Origin: a virus
Lineage: Duplodnaviria; Caudoviricetes
IMG/VR virus record: IMGVR_UViG_3300032281_000128
Span: 1-55,140 of that record
DNA: 55,140 bases
Direction: 5' to 3' (one strand)
Each line of letters opens with the position of its first letter. The first letter of the stretch is position 1. This document shows, one piece after another, positions 9,067-18,287 of the stretch. The position numbers were made by a program, and so were the translations under genes. The notes under the pieces are model-generated. The model searched no databases and was not told where the DNA came from. It saw nothing but the letters and a program-made list of their open reading frames with translations.

Positions 9067-10047
9067 ATGGCCTATTCCGGCTCAATCAGCGGGACGACAT
9101 TCAACGCTTTGAAAGTGGTAGATCACGCTTTCCGGCGTTGTCGTCTTCCTGCTCAGTCAATCACTGCAGAAATGCAAGAGTATGCTCTTGAGTCTCTGTA
9201 TGTGTTTTTGTCTGAGCTTGCTAATATCAAAACTCCAAGTTGGTGCATTGAGAAGCTGATACTTCCCATGTACCAGAACCAACCGATCGTCACGCTACCT
9301 GTAGGGACGGTAGAGGTGCTTAACCTCAATTACCGCGTCCTACAGGTTGTGTCGGGTGCGACGGTGACCACTTCCACGTCATATAGGGTTTACTTCACGA
9401 CCCAGACCGTAGTTGATACTGTTGGTATCAAATGGTCGGCGGCTGCTGTCCCTGTGACTTTCCAAGTCAGTAACGACGGCGCTGCTTGGACAACTGTAGG
9501 TAGCTCTTCTGCTACCGCCTCAGCTGGCGAGATAACGTGGACTGACATTTCGGGTGCTTTGCCCTACACATACTTCAGAATCACCTCTACGCAGCCTCTC
9601 TCTTACTCTGTGATCACTTTAGGTAACCTACCTCAAGAGATCCCGCTCGGCCAACTCAGCCGTGACAGCTACGTAAACCAGAGTAATAAGGTGTTCCCCG
9701 GTCGTCCGAGCAGTTATTACTTCCAGCGTGACCTACCTGAGCCTATCGTAAATATATGGCCAGCTCCGTTCGCTGCAAGTGAACAGGCTCAGTTAGTGTT
9801 GTGGCGTCATCGCCAGATAATGGACACTGAAAATCTGCAGCAGGAAGTAGAAGTCCCGCAGCGGTGGCTTGAGGCTATCATTGATGGTCTCGCTGCTCGT
9901 GTTGCGGCTGAGACTCCTCAAGTTGATCCTCAGATTATGGCTGTCCGCGAGCAGAAGGCCGCTATGAGCGTCCAACGAGCTTGGGATGGTGACAATGATG
10001 GTTCACCAATTCAGATTAACCCCGGTATAAGTGTTTATACCGCATGA
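9067..10047 (+). CDS. Head-tail adaptor/connector-like virion protein
   Basis: AFRRC...LSRDSYVNQSNK...GRPSSYYFQR...IWPAP...VPQRWLEAIIDGLA pattern. Confidence 0.6.
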   Translation: MAYSGSISGTTFNALKVVDHAFRRCRLPAQSITAEMQEYALESLYVFLSELANIKTPSWCIEKLILPMYQNQPIVTLPVGTVEVLNLNYRVLQVVSGATVTTSTSYRVYFTTQTVVDTVGIKWSAAAVPVTFQVSNDGAAWTTVGSSSATASAGEITWTDISGALPYTYFRITSTQPLSYSVITLGNLPQEIPLGQLSRDSYVNQSNKVFPGRPSSYYFQRDLPEPIVNIWPAPFAASEQAQLVLWRHRQIMDTENLQQEVEVPQRWLEAIIDGLAARVAAETPQVDPQIMAVREQKAAMSVQRAWDGDNDGSPIQINPGISVYTA

Positions 10048-10346
10048 GTGTTTTTCTTGATCCAACTGGTCAACCCACTTACGGCATCGCTATTTGCGGG
10101 CGTTGCTCGCGTAAAATGCTATTGTCTGAGTTACAGCCTGATCCAAACTATCCGGGGCTTATGGTCTGTGAGGCTGATCGTGATCAATATGATCCGTATC
10201 GCCTCGCTCCTCGTGGTCCTGATCAAATTGTTCTACCTTTTAATCGCCCTGACACCCCTATCAATACGCACCCGGCAGGGCTTATTCAAGAAGCGGGTAA
10301 TGAATTCATCATCACAGAAGATGGTGAAGGGTATTTGGAGATTTAA
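10044..10346 (+). CDS. Small Cys-motif (putative Zn-binding) morphogenesis protein
   Basis: ICGRC...GLMVC...D motif; translationally coupled to the previous gene. Confidence 0.6.
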   Translation: MSVFLDPTGQPTYGIAICGRCSRKMLLSELQPDPNYPGLMVCEADRDQYDPYRLAPRGPDQIVLPFNRPDTPINTHPAGLIQEAGNEFIITEDGEGYLEI

Positions 10347-10349
10347 CTG

Positions 10350-12479
10350 ATGTCCGAGGTGCCTAGTAATCTTATCCCTACGCGGATCACACAGCTACCT
10401 TATGCGCCTGTGGCGTCTGAGGAAAGCCTTCTGTTGATCGTGTATCAGGGTAACACCTACCAGATTATGGCGGGTGACTTACTGCAAGTAGCTGGCGTCC
10501 CCACTAGCCGTCAAGTTATTGCCGGCACAGGTATGACTGGTGGCGGTGCGCTTTCCAGCAACGTTACGCTGAGCATTGCGCCCGGCGGTGTTGGTTCTAC
10601 CCAACTGGCTAACTCCGGCGTAACCGGCGGCGTATACGGTTCATCTACGGAAGTCCCAGTATTCACTGTTGACGCTAAAGGGCGCGTAACCGCAGCCACC
10701 ACTACCCCGGTTACGGTCAGTGGTTATGTTCCTAACAACCGTCAGGTTATCGCCGGTGAAGGTTTGAACGGCGGCGGTGCGTTGAATAACAACGTAACGT
10801 TGAATGCTAACCTTTCCAACTCTACCCCGTTGGCGGGTAACCAGACTGGTGCCGCCGGTTCTTCAACTAATATTTCCCGCGCAGACCATACCCACCCAGC
10901 GGTTGATTTGTCTGATGACAATGAAGTCGACGGTATCCTCGGCTTGAGCAGTGGTGGTACGGCGCGTAGCTTGGTGATGCAACCGGGAGCGGTTATCTGG
11001 TCAGGTGCTGACGGATTATACGTTGGCCCCTCAGGTTCTCTAGGTCAGGTTCTAGTTTCCGGCGGTTCAAATGCTCCGAGCTGGGGTTCAGCTTTGATCG
11101 TTTCAGACCAGCCTGCAAATTACGTATACGCTGGTCCAGCAGCCGGTGGCTCTGCCCCGACAACTTTCCGCTTGCTAGTTAATGCTGACATACCGACCAC
11201 TTTGACCGGTAAGTCAATCTCAGGCGCTACGAATACGCTGAGCAATATCGGTAATGCGAGCCTGACGAACAGCTCTATCACGATCAATGGGTCTACGGTG
11301 AGCCTTGGTGGTTCAGTCACTGTAACGGCTACCGCGTCTAACGCTTTGACAATCGGTACTGGTTTGTCAGGTACATCGTATAACGGCTCTTCTGCGGTCA
11401 CAATCGCGATTGATTCCACTGTTGCTACGCTGACTGGCGCTCAGACGCTGACCAATAAAACGATTAGCGGCTCAAACAACACCCTGTCAAACATTGCCAA
11501 CGCAAGTCTGACAAACTCATCTGTGACTGTCGGAACTACCGCAATCGCACTAGGTGCTTCTAGTTTGACGCTAGGTGGTCTGACCTCGGTAGCGGTGACG
11601 CAAGACCCGACAACTAATCTTCAATTAGCAACTAAGCAATACGTTGACACTTTGGTGTCTTCCGGTATCACTTACCACACACCCGTCAAGTACGAAGTAC
11701 CATCAGGTAATTTGAACGCCACCTACAACAACGGCACTGCCGGTGTCGGCGCTACGTTGACTAATGCAGGTGCTTTAGTTGCTTTCACACCGGACGGCAC
11801 AGTCGCCTCGGTTAACGACCGTATCCTAATTTACAATCAGACCAACCAAGCTGAGAACGGCGTATACGTCGTTACGACTGTCGGTAGTGGCGCTGTAGCT
11901 TGGGTGTTGACCCGCGCTTCTGATGCCGATACGTATGCTTTGAAGAATCCTAACGGCTTAGGTAATGGTGATGCTTTCTTCATTACGTCTGGCGCTACGG
12001 GTGCAGGTGAGACTTACGTCTGTAATACCGTAGGTGTAATCACCTTCGGCACGACCGCAATCACTTTTGCTCAGATTTCAGCTACGCAAATCTACTCTGC
12101 AGGAACCGGGCTAACGCTGACTGGCACGCAGTTCAGCATCACGAATACCGCTGTTACTGCTGGATCATACGGCTCTGCGACGCAAGTCGGTACTTTCACG
12201 GTCAATGCGCAGGGTCAATTGACTCTAGCTGGTAACACGACAGTGACTCCTGCGCTCGGTTCTATCACCGGGCTGGGTACTGGGGTAGCTACGGCGCTCG
12301 CTATCAATACAGGATCCGCTGGCGCTGTTGTGCTTTTCAACGGGGCTCTCGGAACTCCATCGTCCGGCACACTGACTAACGCTACGGGTTTACCCTTGAC
12401 CACCGGCGTAACCGGTATTTTGCCGATCGCTAACGGCGGTACAGGTACAGCTTATGGTGCTGACGGAGGAACCTTCTGA
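10350..12479 (+). CDS. Tail fibre protein 1
   Basis: G/T/S-rich repeats (TLTNKTISG, ATKQYVD, NQAENGVY...LTRASDAD); ends DGGTF. Confidence 0.8.
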   Translation: MSEVPSNLIPTRITQLPYAPVASEESLLLIVYQGNTYQIMAGDLLQVAGVPTSRQVIAGTGMTGGGALSSNVTLSIAPGGVGSTQLANSGVTGGVYGSSTEVPVFTVDAKGRVTAATTTPVTVSGYVPNNRQVIAGEGLNGGGALNNNVTLNANLSNSTPLAGNQTGAAGSSTNISRADHTHPAVDLSDDNEVDGILGLSSGGTARSLVMQPGAVIWSGADGLYVGPSGSLGQVLVSGGSNAPSWGSALIVSDQPANYVYAGPAAGGSAPTTFRLLVNADIPTTLTGKSISGATNTLSNIGNASLTNSSITINGSTVSLGGSVTVTATASNALTIGTGLSGTSYNGSSAVTIAIDSTVATLTGAQTLTNKTISGSNNTLSNIANASLTNSSVTVGTTAIALGASSLTLGGLTSVAVTQDPTTNLQLATKQYVDTLVSSGITYHTPVKYEVPSGNLNATYNNGTAGVGATLTNAGALVAFTPDGTVASVNDRILIYNQTNQAENGVYVVTTVGSGAVAWVLTRASDADTYALKNPNGLGNGDAFFITSGATGAGETYVCNTVGVITFGTTAITFAQISATQIYSAGTGLTLTGTQFSITNTAVTAGSYGSATQVGTFTVNAQGQLTLAGNTTVTPALGSITGLGTGVATALAINTGSAGAVVLFNGALGTPSSGTLTNATGLPLTTGVTGILPIANGGTGTAYGADGGTF

Positions 12480-12823
12480 TGATAGAGAAACTAATTGAGA
12501 AGATGTTCTCTGCTCGTAACGCAGCGCATATTCAACACTGGAAAACTAAATCGTATTCCCAGCACCAAGCTCTGGGTGAATATTACGATGAGGTTATCGA
12601 CGGGATTGATAAGTTCGTTGAGGCTTATCAGGGAACCTTCGGAATCATAGGCGATGTCTCCGGTGAGGAAAAAGATGTTGCCAAAATGATAAATGATGAT
12701 ATAATATGGCTTAATAAAAACAGGTCGGAAATTTGTAAGGGTATTCCAGCTCTTGAAAATATCATCGACGAACTTACGAGCCTTCACATGAAAACCCTTT
12801 ATAAACTTGAGAATTTGAGGTAA
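12479..12823 (+). CDS. Ferritin/Dps-like four-helix protein (DUF5856-like)
   Basis: AHIQHWKTKSYSQHQALGEYYD...DKFVEAYQG...TLYKL. Confidence 0.65.
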   Translation: MIEKLIEKMFSARNAAHIQHWKTKSYSQHQALGEYYDEVIDGIDKFVEAYQGTFGIIGDVSGEEKDVAKMINDDIIWLNKNRSEICKGIPALENIIDELTSLHMKTLYKLENLR

Positions 12824-12828
12824 GCGCG

Positions 12829-14613
12829 ATGTCCCAATCTGGTTACACCCCTATTCAGCTTTATCGCACGACCACGGCGGCAGCTGCTCCTACAGCTGGC
12901 AACCTTGCTGCGGGTGAGCTTGCTATAAACCTGACTGACGAAAAGCTGTATTTTAAGAATACTGGTGGTACGGTTAAACTGCTGGCCAGCACTGACACGC
13001 TAGGTACGGTAACGTCAGTTGCGGCGTCAGGCGGCACTACCGGTTTGACGTTTAGCGGGTCTCCGATCACCACGTCTGGTACGCTGACGCTCGGCGGTAC
13101 ACTCGCTGTCGCTAATGGTGGTACCGGTGTTACCACATCAACCGGCACTGGCTCTGTCGTGCTGTCAAACAGCCCCACTCTTGTTACGCCTACCCTCGGC
13201 GCGGCTTCGGCCACCAGTATTGCCAATGGTCTCGGTGCAGTTGGCACGCCCTCCTACACCTTCACAGGTGACACGAACACGGGCATCTTCTCACCCGGAG
13301 CCGACACCCTTGCATTTGTAGAGGGCGGCGTCGAAGCTATGCGCATCGACAGCAGCGGCAACGTCGGGATTGGTACGAGTTCGCCCAGTTCGGCTTTGCA
13401 AGTTAACGGCAACATACGGGTGTCTAACGGCACAGGCTTCACTACTGCCAACTCGTTAATCCGCAGCATCCAATCAATGTCCGGTTCGTCGAACCAGTTC
13501 GTAAGTAACAGCATCGATTTCTACACTGCAGCCTTTACCGACAATGGCCAGATTGCGTTCAGCACTGGTGGTGTAGAAGCCATGCGGATCAACGGCAGCG
13601 GCAACGTCGGGATTGGTACGACAAGCCCTGCATACCGATTTGATGTTCGCTCCGGTGCTACAGCCACCGCAATTTATGCAAACTCTACGGCCACAACGGC
13701 CTACTCCGCCACCAGCTATAATGGCACTGGGGCGCGTATGTTTCTTGTTGGCGGCAACTCTTCAGGTGCGACAAACGGCATACAATTTACACAAGGCGGG
13801 TCATCAGAATTATTTTTTGGTGGTGTTCAAGAGGCTGGCGGTGCAGCTTCTTTTGTGTTCCAAGGGTATAGCGGCTCGGCTTACGCAGAACGTATGCGCA
13901 TCGACAGCAGCGGCAACTTGCTGGTGAACACAACAACGGCTATTGAGAAATTAACAATCGGAAGCACTACCGCAACATCTTCTGGTATAAACCAACGCAC
14001 AACGCAGACCGACTTTGCCATTAAACCAAGCAACACCGCCGCTGGTGGTGTAACTCTCGAAGTTGGATGGGTGGCTGGTGGACAAGGCCCGCTGATTTTC
14101 AATCTCGGTGGCGAGAAGGCCCGCATCGACAGCAGCGGCAACTTGCTGGTGGGGACGACTGCGACAATAAACCTTGCCAAGATGGTAGTGCAATTTACTA
14201 ACTCTAGTAACGGAATGTATTTGGATGAGACATCCGATTCCTCCGGCACTCAGTATATACGCTTTAGTCAAAGCGGAACAACTACTGGTTCCATTACTCG
14301 TGTCGCTCAAACTTCGGCGGTGAACTATAACACTACATCGGATGCTAGAGCAAAACACGACATCGTAGACGCGCCAGAAGCCTCTGCGCTTATAGACGCA
14401 ATCCAAGTTCGTAGCTTCAAGTGGAATACTGACAACAGCGAACAACGATACGGTATGATTGCTCAGGAACTTGTCGAAGTCGCACCAGAGGCAGTGCATC
14501 AGCCAGCGAACCCTGACGAAATGATGGGCGTTGACTACTCGAAACTGGTCCCAATGCTGGTTAAGGAAATTCAATCGCTCCGCGCCCGCGTGGCACAACT
14601 AGAAGGAAACTAA
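12829..14613 (+). CDS. Tail fibre/spike protein 2 with C-terminal intramolecular chaperone (peptidase S74)
   Basis: GELAINLTDEKLYFK N-terminal anchor; RIDSSGN repeats; TSDARAKHDI...YGMIAQEL...GVDYSKLVPMLVKEIQ. Confidence 0.85.
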   Translation: MSQSGYTPIQLYRTTTAAAAPTAGNLAAGELAINLTDEKLYFKNTGGTVKLLASTDTLGTVTSVAASGGTTGLTFSGSPITTSGTLTLGGTLAVANGGTGVTTSTGTGSVVLSNSPTLVTPTLGAASATSIANGLGAVGTPSYTFTGDTNTGIFSPGADTLAFVEGGVEAMRIDSSGNVGIGTSSPSSALQVNGNIRVSNGTGFTTANSLIRSIQSMSGSSNQFVSNSIDFYTAAFTDNGQIAFSTGGVEAMRINGSGNVGIGTTSPAYRFDVRSGATATAIYANSTATTAYSATSYNGTGARMFLVGGNSSGATNGIQFTQGGSSELFFGGVQEAGGAASFVFQGYSGSAYAERMRIDSSGNLLVNTTTAIEKLTIGSTTATSSGINQRTTQTDFAIKPSNTAAGGVTLEVGWVAGGQGPLIFNLGGEKARIDSSGNLLVGTTATINLAKMVVQFTNSSNGMYLDETSDSSGTQYIRFSQSGTTTGSITRVAQTSAVNYNTTSDARAKHDIVDAPEASALIDAIQVRSFKWNTDNSEQRYGMIAQELVEVAPEAVHQPANPDEMMGVDYSKLVPMLVKEIQSLRARVAQLEGN

Positions 14614-14616
14614 GAC

Positions 14617-14946
14617 ATGACTATTACGAACACTTGGTCCGTAGTTCAGATGGACGCCTACCCAGAATATGAAGGCGAAACCGACGTAGTATTCACCGTG
14701 CACTGGACCCTTAATGGCACAGACGGCACCTACAACGGCTCAGTATACGGCTCGGTTGGCGTCACGCTCGATCCTGATGCACCCTTCGTACCCTATGCTT
14801 CGCTCACGCAAGCGCAGGTCGTTGGCTGGGTTCAAGACGCACTTGGCGAAGAGCAAGTTTTGAGCTATGAGGCGAATGTGGCCCAGCAGATTGACAACCA
14901 AATCAATCCACCTGTCGTCACTCCACCATTACCTTGGAGCGAATAA
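14617..14946 (+). CDS. Tail-fibre-associated protein
   Basis: DVVFTVHW...FVPYASLT...VVGWV...PPLPW pattern commonly found after fibre genes. Confidence 0.6.
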   Translation: MTITNTWSVVQMDAYPEYEGETDVVFTVHWTLNGTDGTYNGSVYGSVGVTLDPDAPFVPYASLTQAQVVGWVQDALGEEQVLSYEANVAQQIDNQINPPVVTPPLPWSE

Positions 14947-14948
14947 TA

Positions 14949-15113
14949 ATGGATATCACAATCAAGCTACACGTCGATGAGATCAACGCAGTCCTACAAA
15001 CGCTTGGTAATCTACCAACGTCTTCGGGCGCGTGGCCTCTCGTTGTGAAAATCAAAAAACAAGCCGAGGCGCAGATTCCTGCAGCTACGCAAGAAGTAGT
15101 CGAACAGGACTAA
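14949..15113 (+). CDS. Small hypothetical protein (54 aa, MDITIKLHVDEINAVL...)
   Basis: Fills the gap in the operon; LGNLP...LVVKIKKQA. Confidence 0.6.
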   Translation: MDITIKLHVDEINAVLQTLGNLPTSSGAWPLVVKIKKQAEAQIPAATQEVVEQD

Positions 15114-15116
15114 GCC

Positions 15117-15305
15117 GTGCGGGTGGTTGCTTTAGCATTGGTCTTGGTAGCCCTCACAGGTTGCCAAGACCGCTACCGTTACGACTGTCAAGACCCAGCA
15201 AACTGGGAAGATGAACTCTGCAAGAAACCTCGGTGCGTTGCTATGGGCTACTGCACCGAATGGTTGATTGATACAGGTGAAGAGAAAGAACATGAAACCC
15301 ACTAG
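15117..15305 (+). CDS. Cys-rich lipoprotein
   Basis: Signal peptide with lipobox LTG|C; four further cysteines. Confidence 0.65.
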   Translation: MRVVALALVLVALTGCQDRYRYDCQDPANWEDELCKKPRCVAMGYCTEWLIDTGEEKEHETH

Positions 15306-15570
15306 TGAGTGGTCGCCAGAAGAACTGTTGCGATTCATTGTAGGTATTGTGCTATCGCTGACGCTTACGTTCATCGTGGCAACTGTGTTATATTCATTGG
15401 TGTTCGTGTCGCAGCCGATGGAGGGGCAGTCCCCTAACGACGCTGAGTTTTTCAAGCTAATTAACCCAATCGCGACGTTTATCGTAGGAGCATTAGCAGG
15501 ACTTATGGCTGGGCAGGGTAGCGGCGCTATGCAAAAGAAGAAGGACGAAGAAGATGAGCTTCCTGAATAG
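15292..15570 (+). CDS. Two-TM membrane protein (holin/antiholin candidate)
   Basis: Two hydrophobic segments and a charged C-terminus; in the lysis region. Confidence 0.55.
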   Translation: MKPTSEWSPEELLRFIVGIVLSLTLTFIVATVLYSLVFVSQPMEGQSPNDAEFFKLINPIATFIVGALAGLMAGQGSGAMQKKKDEEDELPE

Positions 15571-16057
15571 TTTTGAAAGCAGGCAAGATGGTGTTAATGA
15601 CACCGTCGAGTTTGTTATTCGTGTGGCAATTGTCACGCTGTCTGCAGTTATCCTTGTCGTCGTAGTGGCGCTTGTCTCCGGCCTGTTCATGCCGAACGAC
15701 GTCGTTGACAGCACTGCCATCCTTGAGATGATCAACCCCGCATTTCAGACAATCATCGGTGCGCTTGTCGGTCTGCTGGGTGGTCTGAGCCTTAACGCTA
15801 ATGCGCGGGACAAGGAGCCAGAAGAACCGCCACCACTGCCACCAGCGCACGAACCAGATGACCTTTACCGGCCAGACCCAAGCACAATTAAAGTTTACGA
15901 CGACCCGCAGGGCACCGTCTTTATCGACGAACCAGAAGATGACGACGATGACATGGCACCATGGGAGAAGTACCGCAACGACTTGCGCTATGACGCCAAT
16001 GGCGACGGCGTGGTTGACGAAGATGACTTCCCTGATTGGCGCTCGGCGGGTCGGTAA
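15554..16057 (+). CDS. Two-TM membrane protein with an acidic tail and EF-hand-like loop
   Basis: Two TM segments; C-terminal YDANGDGVVDEDD. Confidence 0.6.
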   Translation: MSFLNSFESRQDGVNDTVEFVIRVAIVTLSAVILVVVVALVSGLFMPNDVVDSTAILEMINPAFQTIIGALVGLLGGLSLNANARDKEPEEPPPLPPAHEPDDLYRPDPSTIKVYDDPQGTVFIDEPEDDDDDMAPWEKYRNDLRYDANGDGVVDEDDFPDWRSAGR

Positions 16058-16224
16058 TGGCGGGGGATCTCTCCACCGTAGAGCTGATAGGTCAACTTTG
16101 GCCTATCGTTCTAGCGTTTATTACGCTTACGATCATCCTCGCCAAGATGGATGTGCGCCTCGCTGTGGTTGAGGAGAAGATCAAAACGCTGTTTGAACTT
16201 TGGAACAAGGATAAAGACAAGTGA
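16057..16224 (+). CDS. Single-TM protein, holin candidate
   Basis: TM helix plus short coiled coil immediately upstream of the endolysin. Confidence 0.5.
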   Translation: MAGDLSTVELIGQLWPIVLAFITLTIILAKMDVRLAVVEEKIKTLFELWNKDKDK

Positions 16225-16832
16225 GCCTCGTAAAACTACAAGAGAAGATCGGCGTAACGGCTGACGGGGCGTTTGGCCCCGGCACTCTCAAGGCTGCAGC
16301 AGCGCACTACAAGCTGAACAAGAACCGTGCTGCACATTTCTTTGCGCAGTGTGCTCATGAAAGCGGTAACTGGAAAGCCACTAGCGAGAACTTGAACTAC
16401 GGCGCAAAGGGCTTGCGTGGTATCTTCGGGAAGTACTTTCCGACCGATGCGCTGGCCAAGGCTTACGAGCGTCAACCGCAGAAGATTGCCAACCGCGTCT
16501 ATGGTAACCGTATGGGTAATGGTCCTGAAAGCAGCGGTGACGGATGGAAATTCCGTGGACGTGGCTTCCTCCAACTCACCGGGCATGACAACTACGAGGC
16601 GCTTTCGCGGTATATAGACCGCCCTGATATCATGGACAACCCTGACCTCGTTGCTGGAGAACTAGCAATTGAAAGTGCGCTTTGGTTTTTCGACCGAAAT
16701 AAGCTATGGTCAATTTGCGACCAAGGTATTAATGACGCCGCTATTCTGGCGTTAACTAAGCGGATCAACGGGGGTACACATGGCCTTGATGACCGTAAAT
16801 TGAAGACGAAGAAGTATGCATCATGGCTTTAA
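16221..16832 (+). CDS. Endolysin, glycoside hydrolase family 19
   Basis: AHFFAQCAHES...ENLNY...GDGWKFRGRGFLQLTG...NY...TKRINGG; short N-terminal PG-binding-like segment (IGVTADGAFGPGT). Confidence 0.9.
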   Translation: MSLVKLQEKIGVTADGAFGPGTLKAAAAHYKLNKNRAAHFFAQCAHESGNWKATSENLNYGAKGLRGIFGKYFPTDALAKAYERQPQKIANRVYGNRMGNGPESSGDGWKFRGRGFLQLTGHDNYEALSRYIDRPDIMDNPDLVAGELAIESALWFFDRNKLWSICDQGINDAAILALTKRINGGTHGLDDRKLKTKKYASWL

Positions 16833-17200
16833 TCAACCCTGTAATGATATATGGATTGGTGGGCGCTCTCATTATAGGTGCGGCTTCCGGTTACAAAGTC
16901 CGTGATTGGCAATGCGACGCTGCATACGCAAAGGCGCTGGAGAAGGCTGAAAAGCTACGGGTCAAAAAACAAGAGGTAGTAGACAATGTTTCGCAAACCT
17001 ATGAATCTGAACGAGATCAAGCCAATGTGGTGGCAACCGAACGCACCAACACAATTCGTGAGATATACAAGACGGTTCCTGCCGCTCCTGTTGATTGCGC
17101 TGCTCCTGATGATTTGCGCGGGGTGCTCGAAAGCAGTGTCCGTGACGCCAATGCCGCTGCCTCCGGCGAACCTAGCGTCAAAGTGTCCGACTCTGAGTAA
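16823..17200 (+). CDS. i-spanin (Rz-like)
   Basis: N-terminal TM, coiled coil, Cys; follows the endolysin. Confidence 0.75.
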   Translation: MALINPVMIYGLVGALIIGAASGYKVRDWQCDAAYAKALEKAEKLRVKKQEVVDNVSQTYESERDQANVVATERTNTIREIYKTVPAAPVDCAAPDDLRGVLESSVRDANAAASGEPSVKVSDSE

Positions 17201-17330
17201 TCCACCACAGGTAATGATCGACCCTGAACGGGCGCTTTGGGAAGCCGACATTATTGCAAAGTATACGGATTGTAGTACAAAACATCGCTTGACAGTTCAA
17301 GCATGGGTTGACGCATTAACCATAAAGTGA
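17025..17330 (+). CDS. o-spanin (Rz1-like lipoprotein) overlapping Rz in another frame; start uncertain
   Basis: RRFLPLLLIALLLMICAG|C lipobox; Pro-rich (PMPLPPANLASKCP). Confidence 0.7.
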   Translation: MWWQPNAPTQFVRYTRRFLPLLLIALLLMICAGCSKAVSVTPMPLPPANLASKCPTLSNPPQVMIDPERALWEADIIAKYTDCSTKHRLTVQAWVDALTIK

Positions 17331-17342
17331 AGGTCGAGGAGA

Positions 17343-17531
17343 TTGAATATGGACTTGAAAAGCACATTGAAGAAGGAAGCCGAGAAGGCAATCCTCAAGA
17401 AAGCCGTAGGTAAAATATTACCTATGGATGAAGCACCAAAACTTAAGTTGGGTAGGAATGCTAAGATAGCCGGGATTCTTGGTGTAATCGCTGCTATCGC
17501 CGCTGCCGGTGCGCAGTATTTTGGTGGTTGA
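17343..17531 (+). CDS. Small protein with C-terminal hydrophobic segment
   Basis: GAGGAG SD; IAGILGVIAAIAAAG. Confidence 0.55.
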   Translation: MNMDLKSTLKKEAEKAILKKAVGKILPMDEAPKLKLGRNAKIAGILGVIAAIAAAGAQYFGG

Positions 17532-17573
17532 CACCATAGAAAAATGTTTCGTTGAATAACGATTTTTATTCAG

Positions 17574-17603
17574 TTGCCTTGACACACCATTCAAGGCTAT
17601 AAC
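17574..17603 (+). promoter_or_regulatory. Sigma70-like promoter TTGCCT-N18-TATAAC
   Basis: Intergenic; upstream of the tail operon. Confidence 0.5.
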
Positions 17604-17651
17604 GGGTCAGGTGCATGCTGTAGCAGCTTGCTAAATACCTTGGGAGTATTT

Positions 17652-18287
17652 ATGAGCGGCTACATCATGACCTATGATAGTTTGTTGGAAGACGTCCGAC
17701 GCTATCTTGAACGTGGTTTTACAGAACAGAGCGACCAGATCGTTTACGACCAGTTACCGCGCCTAGTAACCCTAGGTGAGCGACGTATTGCTCGTGAACT
17801 GAAGATTGAAGGTTTCATCCGCGCAGTAACAACTCCGCTACAAGCAGGTGTGCCGGTATATATGAAGCCAGACCGCTGGCGCGACACCGTCAGCATGTCT
17901 GTTGACAACAAACCGATCTTTGCTCGTTCTTATGAGTACTGCCGTAACTATTGGCCTGATGAAGCTGAAACCGCTACACCGGGTTACTACGCAGATTATG
18001 ATTATCAGCATTGGCTTCTGGTGCCTACTCCGGCAACCGCCCAAACGCTTGAAATCTTATATTACGAACAACCACGGTTCTTGGGTCCTGAATTTCAAAC
18101 CAACTGGCTTACTGAGTATGCGCCGGATACGCTCCTTTACGCCACGCTGCTGGAAGCTACCCCGTTCTTAAAGAACGACGAACGTATTCAGACTTGGCAG
18201 GGTCTTTACGACCGGGCAGCGCAAGCGTTGAACGGAGAAGACTTGAAGCGTATCCTTGACCGCTCGGCCAACAGGAGTGAGGCATAA
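17652..18287 (+). CDS. Tail tubular A/adaptor-like protein
   Basis: MTYDSL...ERRIAREL...LVPTP...NWLTEYAPDTLLYATLLEA. Confidence 0.7.
   Translation: MSGYIMTYDSLLEDVRRYLERGFTEQSDQIVYDQLPRLVTLGERRIARELKIEGFIRAVTTPLQAGVPVYMKPDRWRDTVSMSVDNKPIFARSYEYCRNYWPDEAETATPGYYADYDYQHWLLVPTPATAQTLEILYYEQPRFLGPEFQTNWLTEYAPDTLLYATLLEATPFLKNDERIQTWQGLYDRAAQALNGEDLKRILDRSANRSEA

Noticed and set aside
12829-14613. Diversity-generating retroelement or invertible tail fibre system
   Set aside because: No reverse transcriptase or invertase; repeats are short, direct and show no adenine-specific variation
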